The notes under the pieces were generated by a model. The model worked only from the letters and a program-made list of their open reading frames with translations, searched no databases and was not told where the DNA came from. DNA of 64,000 bases from an uncultured Candidatus Binatia bacterium (lineage in GTDB: Bacteria > Desulfobacterota > Binatia > Bin18): positions 1,696,001-1,760,000 of the forward strand of contig OZ243961.1 in the NCBI GenBank assembly GCA_965214605.1, in the 5' to 3' direction. Below are positions 48,786 through 58,900 of the stretch, one piece after another. The translations under genes were made by a program, and so were the position numbers. Numbering within the stretch: position 1 is the stretch's first letter; every line of letters begins with the position of its first letter.

Positions 48786-50225
48786 ATGCTTGATCTTATT
48801 ATTAAAGGCGGACAGGTTGTCACTCCCCACGCCGTCGGGGAGATGGATATCGGTATTCAGGGTGAAAAAATTGCTGCCGTTGGCTGGTCTGGCAGCCTAG
48901 CTGCGGACGCCGGGCGGGAGATTGATGCGAGCGGCAAGATTGTCATCCCGGGCGGCATCGAACCCCACGCTCATATCGGCATTCCGGTGCCCAGCGAGTG
49001 GTCTGGCCTGCCCGATATCATGACCCAACCGCCGCAGGACGCCAGCCGGGCGGCCGCCTTTGGCGGAGTGACAACGATTGTCGATTTTGCTGGAGACCTG
49101 AGTCTGGAGGAAAAGGGCGACGCACCGGCGAAGTCGATTATGAGCGTACTCGAAGAACGCCGCGCGGTGTTCCGGACTCACGCCTACACCGACTATACCT
49201 TTCATTACATTCTGGCCGGTGAGGTCGCGCCGGAGACGATAGGCGAGATTGGTGAGGCCGTACAGGAGGGCGTGGCCAGCTTTAAAATCTTCACCACCTT
49301 TCATCCGATTCGGGTTCCCTACGGCCATCTGTCGGCCATCTTCACCGAGGTCGCCAGGCACGGTGGCATCATGGCCGTGCACGCCGAAGAGGACGAGGTG
49401 GTGCGCTATATGACCGAGAAGCTCAAGCGCGAGAAGAGAGCCCAAGGCTACAACCTGCACTTAGTACATAACAATCTGTCCGAGGATTTGGCCTTCCGGC
49501 ATATTATTCGGCTGGCTCAGCACAGCGGTGTGGGTATTTACTTTGTGCATACCACAGCCAAGGAAGGCGTGGCGGCGATTGCTGAGGCACGCAACGCCGG
49601 CCAGCCAGTGTACGGTGAGGCCTTGCACAACTACCTCGAGTTTACCTGCGAAGATTATAAAAAGCCCGGCGGGACCGCTATTCATACCTACCCGGCTATT
49701 AAGTTCGCCGATGACCGGGACGCGCTGATCGCCGGCCTGATGGATGGGCGGCTGTCCACCACCGCCACGGACGAATATACCACCCACAAGGGGCCCAAGC
49801 TCTGGGGTGACACCATTGAGACGGTGTGTGGCGGCCACAATGGGATTGAAACCCGCATCCCGGTTGCGTACACCAAATTTGTGGCCGAGCGTCATATGTC
49901 CCTGCAGCGCTTTGTGGACATTACCTCGGCCAATGCGGCCAAGCTGCTCGGACTCTACCCCCAGAAGGGGGCGATTCAACCAGGTAGTGATGCCGACCTC
50001 GTCGTGCTCGACCCCGCGCTGCAGAAGACCATCAGCCTAGACGATCTGCACGCGAACTCCGACTACAGCATCTGGGAAGGATTTGCCTCTCAGGCCTGGC
50101 CGGTCATGACCCTGCTGCGAGGCAAGGTCATTGTTGAGAATGGGAAATTGACGGGCAGTTCGACAGACGGCCGTTGGCTCAAACGGCGCGTGTCGGGGGA
50201 TGTGATATCGCGGCCGGCGCTGTAA
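48786..50225 (+). CDS. Dihydropyrimidinase/hydantoinase-like amidohydrolase
   Basis: PGGIEPHAH, SRAAAFGGVTTIVDF, SFKIF, VHAEE, SANAAKLLGLYPQKG..GSDADLV, YSIWEG. Confidence 0.88.
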   Translation: MLDLIIKGGQVVTPHAVGEMDIGIQGEKIAAVGWSGSLAADAGREIDASGKIVIPGGIEPHAHIGIPVPSEWSGLPDIMTQPPQDASRAAAFGGVTTIVDFAGDLSLEEKGDAPAKSIMSVLEERRAVFRTHAYTDYTFHYILAGEVAPETIGEIGEAVQEGVASFKIFTTFHPIRVPYGHLSAIFTEVARHGGIMAVHAEEDEVVRYMTEKLKREKRAQGYNLHLVHNNLSEDLAFRHIIRLAQHSGVGIYFVHTTAKEGVAAIAEARNAGQPVYGEALHNYLEFTCEDYKKPGGTAIHTYPAIKFADDRDALIAGLMDGRLSTTATDEYTTHKGPKLWGDTIETVCGGHNGIETRIPVAYTKFVAERHMSLQRFVDITSANAAKLLGLYPQKGAIQPGSDADLVVLDPALQKTISLDDLHANSDYSIWEGFASQAWPVMTLLRGKVIVENGKLTGSSTDGRWLKRRVSGDVISRPAL

Positions 50226-50249
50226 CCGAGGCCAGCAAAGGAGGAGACA

Positions 50250-51140
50250 ATGAATCGGACTCTCACTGTTGCGGCCGCCCAGCTCGGTCCCAGTTCGATG
50301 AGCAAAAAGCAGACAGTGCAGCGGATGGTGCGCCTCGTTGAGGAGGCAGGGCGACGAGAGGTGGAGCTGTTGACTTTCCCGGAGCTGTCTCTGAGCCCAT
50401 ATTTTGCCACGCGGGTGCGGGATTCGTGGCACGACTTTTTGGAAACCGCGTTTCCTCCCGAAGGCACCCAGGCACTGTTCGCCACAGCAAGGCGGGCCCA
50501 GCTGCACTGGTTGTTGCCCTATGCGGAGCGGGAGAACGGCCAGGCCTACAACTGTGCGGCCCTGATCGACCCCGACGGCGCCCTCGTGCATAAATACCGC
50601 AAAGCCCATATTCCCGGCGTGGTTGAGCCGCGTGGGGAGGGACCCGATATTTTTGAAAAGCGCTATTTTGCCGAGGGAAATCTCGGCTTTCCGGTCACGG
50701 CGCTGCCCAAGGTCCAATTCGGCAGCCTCATCTGCTATGATCGGCGCTTCTCAGAGGCGTACCGGAGCTTGGCCCTAGGCGGCGCGGAGCTGATCTGCAT
50801 CCCGTATAACACCCCAACCTTTGGCCAGCCGCGTGAGACCGCGCACGAAACGGCCGAGATTCTGCTGCGTGCCGCGGCGATTGAAAACCAGCTTTTTATT
50901 GTGGCAGCCGGAAAGGCGGGTAGCGAAGATGGTTTGGAGTACATTGGGGGGAGTGAAATTATTGCTCCGACCGGTGAGGTGCTAGCCGAAGCCCAAACAA
51001 ACGGGGACGAACTGGTAGTGGCGACCGTTCAGTTACACACGATTGGCCAGCTAAAAGCAAAGTGGGATTTTTTGCCCGACCGTCGGCCCGAGCTGTATCA
51101 CAACTTGACACGAACACCCACACAAGGGGAGCGACCATGA
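50250..51140 (+). CDS. Carbon-nitrogen hydrolase (N-carbamoyl-amino-acid amidohydrolase-like)
   Basis: E-K-C triad: FPEL, YRKAHIP, ICYDRRF; FEKRYFAEGNLGFPV. Confidence 0.88.
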   Translation: MNRTLTVAAAQLGPSSMSKKQTVQRMVRLVEEAGRREVELLTFPELSLSPYFATRVRDSWHDFLETAFPPEGTQALFATARRAQLHWLLPYAERENGQAYNCAALIDPDGALVHKYRKAHIPGVVEPRGEGPDIFEKRYFAEGNLGFPVTALPKVQFGSLICYDRRFSEAYRSLALGGAELICIPYNTPTFGQPRETAHETAEILLRAAAIENQLFIVAAGKAGSEDGLEYIGGSEIIAPTGEVLAEAQTNGDELVVATVQLHTIGQLKAKWDFLPDRRPELYHNLTRTPTQGERP

Positions 51141-52003
51141 CTAGGGAAACCTATCAAATAGACGTTGAAGATGTTGAGTACCTCCGCCACGGCGACAAGC
51201 CGCTGTTGGCTCGCCTGTTCAAACCACGTGGCCGCGGACCATTCCCGCTCATCATTGAGTTGCACGGTGGCGCCTGGTGCCTGGGTGATCGGTTGATGGA
51301 CACGCCCATCAACGAACCGCTGGCAAAAAGTGGGGTGGTAGTCGCGGCGTTAGATTTTCGGGTTCCACCGGACGCCTCCTACCCCGGCTCGCTAGTCGAT
51401 ATCAACTACGCGATCCGCTGCTTCAAGGCGCAAGCCGCCAGCCTAGGCAGCGATCCTGATAAGGTCGGCCTCTTGGGCAGCTCCAGCGGCGCCCATCAGG
51501 CCGTCCTGCTCGCTATGCGGCCCCACGATGCCCGCTACTCGGCTTTACCCCTGCCGGCCGGTTCAATGGTGGTTGACGCCCGGGTGCAGTGCGTGATTCC
51601 GTGCTGGCCGGTCATCGATCCACTGGCCCGCTATCACTACGCCAAGAAACTTATCGCCGGGGGCAAACCCTATCCCGAGCTGGCCGACCTTGTCGTGCCC
51701 CTGCACGACAAGTACTGGAAGACCGAAGAAGCCATGGCCGAGGGCAACCCGGTGTTGGCGCTTGAGCGGGGAGAACAGGCCGAACTTCCGCCGGTCCTGT
51801 ACATCCAGGGCACCGAAGACAAAGCCCACCCCCGACCGGATCTCGATCGTTTTGTCGAGCACTACCGCGCGGCGGGTGGTCAGGTCCAGCTCGAGCTGTT
51901 CGAGGGCGAGGCCGAGGGGTTTGCCATTCGGAAACCCGATGCCCCCGCTTCCCGGCAAGCGATTGAAAAGATCATCACATTCGTGCATCAGCAGCTCAGC
52001 TAA
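51137..52003 (+). CDS. Alpha/beta hydrolase (HSL-like)
   Basis: HGGAW, GSSSGAH; ATGA overlap with the upstream gene. Confidence 0.85.
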   Translation: MTRETYQIDVEDVEYLRHGDKPLLARLFKPRGRGPFPLIIELHGGAWCLGDRLMDTPINEPLAKSGVVVAALDFRVPPDASYPGSLVDINYAIRCFKAQAASLGSDPDKVGLLGSSSGAHQAVLLAMRPHDARYSALPLPAGSMVVDARVQCVIPCWPVIDPLARYHYAKKLIAGGKPYPELADLVVPLHDKYWKTEEAMAEGNPVLALERGEQAELPPVLYIQGTEDKAHPRPDLDRFVEHYRAAGGQVQLELFEGEAEGFAIRKPDAPASRQAIEKIITFVHQQLS

Positions 52004-52020
52004 ACACAAGGGAACAGGAT

Positions 52021-52863
52021 ATGAAAAGCACGACGAGACTCCGACAGCTGTTAGACCAACCGGGGCTGCTTGTCTCCCCCGGGGCTCACGATGTGATGAC
52101 CGCTCGGATTATCGAGGCCCAAGGCTTCGAGGCCCTCTACCTGAGCGGTTTTGCCACCTCGGCCAGTATGCTAGGTATTCCTGATCATTCCCTGATTACC
52201 ATGACCGAACTGCTCAACCGGGCCCGAGACGTTGCGGCAGCGGTCGATATCCCCATCCTGTCCGACATCGACGACGCCGGCGGCACGCCGCTCAACGCCC
52301 GGCGGACGATCCGCCTAGCCGAGCAGGCTGGCATTGCCGGCATGCACGTTGAGGATTTGATCCCAGGCAAACATTTTACCGGCCATAAGGACAGGCTGTG
52401 CGCGGTGGAACAGGCGACGGACCGGATTAAAGCCATGACCGACGCGCGTAGAGATCCGGATTTTGTCATTATTGCCCGCTCTGACGCGATCGGCGTAACC
52501 TCCCTTGAGGACGCTATAGAACGGGCCACAGCCTACGCAGAAGCAGGAGCGGATGTTCTGTTCCTGCCCTATCTGCGTCTCGAAGACACCAAGAGGGCCG
52601 CTGAGGTGCTGCCCAAACCGCTCCTCAACGTGGTCATCGACACGCCCAAGGAAGCCCTTGAGGCAGCCGGTCTGAAGGTGGGGATTTATCCGGTCCAAAC
52701 TCTGTTTCTGGCCTACGTCGCCGCCCGAGATATGCTCAAGGAACTCAAGACCTCGGGCACCATCGTCAATTTCTCTGAGCGAAGCCCGTCCTGGGAGGAA
52801 TTCAACGAGTTTATTGGCACGACGCAGGCCACTCAGCTAGCGGAGAAGTATCACATTGTGTAA
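52021..52863 (+). CDS. Isocitrate lyase/PEP mutase family protein
   Basis: PGAHD..ARI, YLSGF, DIDDAGG, HVED, IIARSDA, AYAEAGAD. Confidence 0.88.
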   Translation: MKSTTRLRQLLDQPGLLVSPGAHDVMTARIIEAQGFEALYLSGFATSASMLGIPDHSLITMTELLNRARDVAAAVDIPILSDIDDAGGTPLNARRTIRLAEQAGIAGMHVEDLIPGKHFTGHKDRLCAVEQATDRIKAMTDARRDPDFVIIARSDAIGVTSLEDAIERATAYAEAGADVLFLPYLRLEDTKRAAEVLPKPLLNVVIDTPKEALEAAGLKVGIYPVQTLFLAYVAARDMLKELKTSGTIVNFSERSPSWEEFNEFIGTTQATQLAEKYHIV

Positions 52864-52869
52864 GGCGGC

Positions 52870-53390
52870 TTGATGGAAGAAGCGGGTCTGCATTCGCAGC
52901 AGCAGCTCCATACTCACCCTCAACAGCCTTCTTGATACGCGGCGTGATCTCCGGTGACAGCCGGGCGAAAGCGTTGTCCGGCAAACCCTCAGAAGCTCGC
53001 TCGCCTTCGTCACAGTCAGACTCACTTCCTCACTGATCTCCGTACGGATGCAATCCCTGGATGCGAAGGGGTCAGGTGCACTTTGGCTACCCCTGGGAGC
53101 TATCAGTGAGAATCCTTCAAGTTCAAACGGGCGCCGTAGCCACCCTCTTCTTCAAACGGGGATCCGCCACTTGTTGGATACTCAAACGCCCCCTCATCCT
53201 GACGATCACCTGAGAGCTGGTGGACACGCCAGCCACGGGGCACAGCGCCATAAAGCCGTTCAAGTCTTCAGCTAGGATCAGCGCCGCCAAGATCTTGCGT
53301 ATTCGGTTGCCCGGGTCGCGCTGCAGGAACTGTGGAGCATCACCTTCGGATGAACCGGCGTAATCCTCCGTGGCGATCAAAGCAACACCG
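52870..53390 (-). pseudogene. Degraded HigB-HigA toxin-antitoxin pair
   Basis: Frameshifted pieces RHGGLRRF..RIRKILAAL..GWRVHQLSGDRQ..LNLKDSH (HigB) and PSHPG..LTVTKASELLRVCRTTLS..LSPEI..VSMELLLRMQ (HigA); limits approximate. Confidence 0.7.
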
Positions 53391-53493
53391 TTCACCCCAC
53401 AGGTTTTCTCCAACTAGTACTAAAGCCTCTCTGAACACCAACCGGGACAGGCAACGTGGTCTCAGCCGCCTCCATACCTCCTATACAGACCTA

Positions 53494-54191
53494 GGCTCAG
53501 GACTCATAACCAGAAGATGACGGGAGCGGCAAGACGGATGACACTGTGGAAGATGTGGCGACATCGGTCGTACCGGGTAGCGAGGCGGGGCCAATCCTCG
53601 AGCCTGCCGAACAGGCGCTCGAAGGAGGTTGCGGCTCTTGTAAAGCTCACTCTTGTAGACCACTCCTCCTTGCGATGGACGCGGCCTGGAATGCACGAGG
53701 CGAGGCCGCGCCCGGCAAGGGCCCGGCGCCACTAGTCGCTGTCATCGCCCGTGTTGGCGATCAGGACATCGGTCTCCGGCAGAGCGGAAAGCAGCGCATC
53801 AGCTCCGAGGTAGTCGCTGATCTGGCCCGCCGTCAGATGCAGGGCAATGGGCTTGCCATCGCCGCCGTCGCAGACCGTGTGGAACTCGAAGGCGAGGGGC
53901 CCGCCTCGGCTGCATCTGATGCAGCGCTCGAAATCCCCTTCTTGAACAGGCCGGCGGCGGTGCGACGCGCCCCATCAGACCGTATCGGATGCCGTGGATG
54001 ATGCCGCTGATGATCTTTCGGTCATCGACACGAGTCACGCCCCTCGGACCTTGTTGGGCAGGAGGGGTTGAAGTCGCGCAATCTGAGCGTCGGACAGCCG
54101 GACATGATACTTGGGGATGATCTCCTTCATGGAGTTAGGATCTTGAGTCCTGTCACTTCCCCAAGAATAAGCTATTGATAGGTCCTGAGCC
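53494..54191 (-). mobile_element. Degraded IS5-family insertion sequence (about 700 bp)
   Basis: Terminal inverted repeats GGCTCAGGAC (53494) / GTCCTGAGCC (54191) flanked by TA; transposase relic RLSDAQIARLQPLLP..RVDDRKIISGIIH. Confidence 0.82.
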
Positions 54192-54345
54192 TACTGAAAC
54201 GCGACACCAGCAATGAAATCAGCCTATACCTCCCCGGAGGAGCTGTCCGCGTCTCTTGTCGGACCTCCCCGATTCGGCTAGGGTGGATTGACGTTTTTTG
54301 TGATCGTACCCTTTGCGAGGACAGAGGGGAAAGGAAGGAGTGACC

Positions 54346-55464
54346 ATGAAAATCGGCATACAGATGGTCCTACAGAACCACAAGGCCCACGACGACCGGG
54401 AAATGTATAAAAATGAAACCCGTCTAGCCATCGAATCAGAAGGCATGGGCTTCGATATAGTCTGGCCTGTTGAGCACCATTTCTTTGATTACTCAATCTG
54501 CCCCGATAACATGCAGTACCTCAGCTATATCGCTGCCCGGACCGAGCGCCTGCAATTGGCGACGGGCGCAATCATCCTGCCCTGGAACAACCCCATGCGC
54601 GTGGTCGAGAAGATGGTCCTCCTCGACCACCTGTCCGATGGACGGGCAGTCCTCGGGCTTGGCCGGGGACTGTCACGGCGTGAGTATCGCGGTTTTGGCG
54701 TGGATATGTCCGAGGCCCGGGACCGCTTCAACGAAGCGGCGGAGATCATCGTCAACGGGCTCGAAGACGGCTTTGTCGAAGCCGACACCCAGTACTACAA
54801 ACAGGCACGGATTGAGGTCCGGCCGCGGCCGGTTGGCAGCTTCAAGGGCCGTCGCTACATGGTGTGTATGTCCCCAGAGTCGTTTGATGTCGCTGCCCGC
54901 CTAGGTCTTGGGGCGATGATGTTCTCCCAGATGGGCTGGGAAAAGGTAGCCGACAACATCCACCAATACCGGGAAAACTTCCGCAAACACAACAACGGCG
55001 AAGAAGCCCCGCCAGTCAACTGCGCCGACTTTGTGGCCTGCACCGAGGACGCCAAGCGGGCCGAAGAGATCGCCAGGGTCAATATAGTCGGCTATTACTG
55101 GAGCGTGATGGAGCACTATGAAATGACTGGCGATCATTTTGCCGAAACCGGCAAATCCTACGCCCACTACGCCAATGCGGCTCAGCAGATGAAGGCCGCC
55201 GGCATGGATGCCGTGGTGGAGGATTTCCTGAACGCCAACCTGTGGGGCACGCCTGACATGTTGGTTGAGAAAGTTCGGAAACGCCGCGAGGTCATAGGCG
55301 ACTTTGAAGTCAACGGCTGCTTCAGCTTCCAGAGCCTGCCCTATGACGAAGTCGAGCGATGCATGCGTCTGTTCGCCAGAACCGTCGGCCAAGAGCTCCA
55401 CAGCTGGACGCCCAAGACCGTCCCGGTTGATGTGGCGGTCGGTGCGCCGCTGCAGGCTAAGTAA
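54346..55464 (+). CDS. LLM-class flavin-dependent oxidoreductase (luciferase-like)
   Basis: GFDIVWPVEHHF, ILPWNNPMRVVEK..LDHLSDGR..GLGRG. Confidence 0.9.
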   Translation: MKIGIQMVLQNHKAHDDREMYKNETRLAIESEGMGFDIVWPVEHHFFDYSICPDNMQYLSYIAARTERLQLATGAIILPWNNPMRVVEKMVLLDHLSDGRAVLGLGRGLSRREYRGFGVDMSEARDRFNEAAEIIVNGLEDGFVEADTQYYKQARIEVRPRPVGSFKGRRYMVCMSPESFDVAARLGLGAMMFSQMGWEKVADNIHQYRENFRKHNNGEEAPPVNCADFVACTEDAKRAEEIARVNIVGYYWSVMEHYEMTGDHFAETGKSYAHYANAAQQMKAAGMDAVVEDFLNANLWGTPDMLVEKVRKRREVIGDFEVNGCFSFQSLPYDEVERCMRLFARTVGQELHSWTPKTVPVDVAVGAPLQAK

Positions 55465-55507
55465 GCCCTTGGGGGGATTGATCAAGCCCCCCCGATCTTG
55501 GTTTCAC

Positions 55508-55533
55508 AGCCCCGCCTCGTGTGGGGCTTTTTT
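55508..55533 (+). terminator. Rho-independent terminator between convergent genes
   Basis: AGCCCC-gcctcgtgt-GGGGCT followed by TTTTT. Confidence 0.65.
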
Positions 55534-55921
55534 ACGGCACGTTTTCTTCTGGATCGACAACGAGGGTGAGACCCCGAAAGGCCCGGACGGTCACCCGACT
55601 GCCGGACGGCAGGGCCTGATCGGCGTGTTCGATTTCGGCTCGCCACAGCTCGCCGTTGACTTGTACATAGCCCTGGGGATTCAGCGCTTGGCGGACCCGT
55701 CCCCGAGTTCCAAGCAACCGTTCGGCCCCCGTTTTTACGTCGGACTCATAGGCCGAGCGCACGTACGGGTAGAGGGCAAAGTCTTTACCGACGGCCAGGC
55801 CGAGCAGGATCAGGCCGGTCCACAGTGGCAGGTTGAGCCACAAGTGGGCTCCGACCAAAATCAGCCCCCATATGATCCAACCGGGGATTTGGAGCAACAG
55901 GTATTTACGAAACGTCCCCAT
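55532..55921 (-). CDS. NfeD family protein (short, C-terminal OB-fold type)
   Basis: TM helices, then TGAERLLGTRGRV..GYVQVNGELWRA..GLTLVV. Confidence 0.85.
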   Translation of the reverse strand: MGTFRKYLLLQIPGWIIWGLILVGAHLWLNLPLWTGLILLGLAVGKDFALYPYVRSAYESDVKTGAERLLGTRGRVRQALNPQGYVQVNGELWRAEIEHADQALPSGSRVTVRAFRGLTLVVDPEENVP

Positions 55922-55953
55922 AGCGAGGCTTCATCTCCCGCTCACTCAGGCTC

Positions 55954-58900
55954 TTAAGCACCTCGGGCTGAACCACCCTCTTCTACCACCCGACAGAAGA
56001 CATTCACCGCCGCCATTTGGCCCAGCGTCGTACAGCGCGTGCGTGACAAACCGGGATGAGCCACCACAATAGCGAGGCTGTACGCCCGCGACAGAGCCAC
56101 ATTCAGGCGATTGCGGTTAAACAGAAACTCAATACCCCGTGGCGGAGCCTCGCCATGACTCGCACACATCGACATAATCACCACCGCAGCTTCCTGACCC
56201 TGAAACTTATCGACCGACCCGACCCGCGCCTGTGGTCCCAAGGCAGCCTTGAGCTTACGTACCTGCATATTATATGGGGCAACGAGTAGGATATCATCAA
56301 GTCTGACTGTTCCTGTCGACTGTCCCGTTTTATCGGTGAGCTCGCGTCCCACTAGTTCGTGAACAATCCGTCGGATAAGGTCAACTTCTCCATCGCTGGC
56401 CTGGGTGTTGCCCGTATGCTCAACCGGGACAAAGACGAGGCCGGCCTCTTGGTGGATATAACGGGCTCCGTGTGCCGGTACGCGGACCAGCCGGTTTTTG
56501 GTGTGTGGTGCAGCTTGCAAGCGACCATCGTACATAGTGTCGGAAATAAAACGACACAGTCTCGGATGGAGACGCCAGCTGGAGTCCAGGAAAATCCCCA
56601 ATGTATCGGGAATAGTTGCCCGGCCTTGGAGCAGGTATTCTAGAGCTGACTGGCCGCTCTGACCGGGATGCGACCCCTGTATCGGCTGGCTGAGCTGCAT
56701 CTGGTCGCCCAGGAGAACGAGGTTTTTGGCCGAGGCAGACATCGCGATCAGATTGGCCAGCGGGACTTGTCCGGCCTCGTCAACAAACAGATAGTCAAGC
56801 TTGTCTCGCATGCTGGCAGCGCTGAACGCCCACGCCGTGCCGCCAATCAGCCCAACCTGGGTCAGCTCGGGCAGGGCATATCGTATGGAGCTAACGTAGC
56901 GTGCTTCGCGGCAGTGGGTAAAAAACGGGGCGTCCTGCGGTCCACCGACCTTGATACAGTTAAGCCCGTCGTTGCGCAGCTCGCTACATTTCTGCATCAG
57001 GTTCAGAATCGCGTCGTGACTGTTTGAGCTAATCCCGACCCGTTTGCCCTGCTGTAAGAGAGAGACGATCATAGCGGCTCCAACCGTGGTTTTACCCGTA
57101 CCGGGTGGGCCTTGGATACATAGGCTAGAATGATCAAGCCCGGACACCAGACGCACCGCAGCGGTTTGCAGGTCTTCGCCGGGGGCAACGAGAGACCGAG
57201 GTATGCCGGCACGTTCTTCGCCGGGTGGGTGTAGACGGGGTGGGCGGCGGGCCAGGAAGTCGGCCAGCGCCGGGGAGAGGTGGCGGCTTTCCTGCCAGTT
57301 TCGGGCAGTGTGTTCTATGGCTTCGGCAATCACCCTAGCTGAGACGTGCTCATTTGGAATCAGGGAAAGCCTAGCCGGGGGGCGGCCGTCAGCGAACTGC
57401 TGGAGCTTGTTGCGGCCAAACCTGAGACACACTCGCCCCGCGTCCCGATCAAGTTCTTGGATTGCGGTGGTGACGGCAAGATCGTGGGCAAAAAAGCAGG
57501 TCGCGTCCCGCGTCAGCTTGGTATCCTGGTCTGGATCAAAGACGAACCAGAAGCCCAGAGAGTTTTTGATGGGAACAGGTGGCTCCGGCGCTCTATGCAG
57601 ACCGCCTAGGCAGTCAAAGTCTTCAATTAATTCCTGCTCGGTCATAGCCTGGCGCTCAAAGGTCGCCCACCATACCGGCTTTTCCTCACGACGGTGAAAC
57701 TCGACCACCTGGCCCAGAATCTCCTGGGTTTGCCAGCGCTGCTCATCCTGCGCCCGCTCTTCTCGCTGTTGGGGAATGGCGGCAAAAAGCCGCTCTGCCA
57801 GTTCGTGGCGTGGATTGGAGTGAATCACCCTCTCTCCTGGGTCGGTCGCCTCGGCCCGTCCAGCTTTGGGGGGCACAATCCCGGCCTCGCGCTGCCGCTT
57901 CCGCAGCCATCCGGCGAGCCGCCAGACAGATTCACAGTCATCCCGATTGTAGGCTCGAATCTCTTGCAGAATAGGTGAGGCCCGCCAGTCCTGCGGCTCG
58001 CCGCTGGCCAGCCAGCGTTCATAGGCCACCACTGAGTCAAGCGCAGTACCGACCAGGCCGGTCCGTTTGGCGTGAAACAGTCGCTCAAGATTTTTGATTG
58101 AGTAACGCGGCTCGCCAACCCGCAGCCCTTGGCGGACAATGGTGTACAGATCGACAAAAACGCCGTTTTGCAGGAGGCTGTCAACCTCGGCCTCACGCGT
58201 CGCGTAGCGGCCCATCAACCGCCGCAGCGCCGCCACTTCGTAGTGGCCGTAGTGGTAAAGGTGCGTGCCCGGGTCAGCCTGCCAACGGGCAAATGCCCAA
58301 TCGACAAAGGCTTCAAAGACACGCTTTTCCTGTTCACTGTCGTGGGCCCACCAGTCGAAAAACCGGGGCTTGGCGTGTTCGACACAACTCGCCCCAAACA
58401 GGTATTCTCGCCCGCCCTCAATCAGCGGATAGCCCTCTAGGTCAAAATACACATCCAGGGCCGACTCGGGCGGCAGAAGAGCCAGCCCACGGCGCGGGCC
58501 GGGGTGCACGGGTTGCACAACCCGGTAGGCTGGCACGTCAGCCCCGGCAGACGCAAGCTGAAGCTGGGCCTGTTCCCGCAGCTGGGCAAAAACTGTTTCG
58601 TCCAGACGCGCCACGTGCCGCAGGTCGGTGTTGGCCAAGCCGTGCATGGTCCGTATCCCTGCAGCCTGGAGTTTTTCGACCTGCGCTTGGGTAATATTAG
58701 CGACCCGGCACAGATGATCGCTGGCTTGAAGCAGCGCCTCGGCGTGCGACTGCCAGCGGCCATTCCCGCCCCACGGATTGGGCGACGGACGGTCAGGCGT
58801 CAAGTCGTACAGGAAGGCGACAAAGGCCCTTTTCAGCGCTCGGTAGTAATAGATGTAATCGGCCGTCCGAAAGGCGCATACCTGTCCGTTGCCCAGAACA

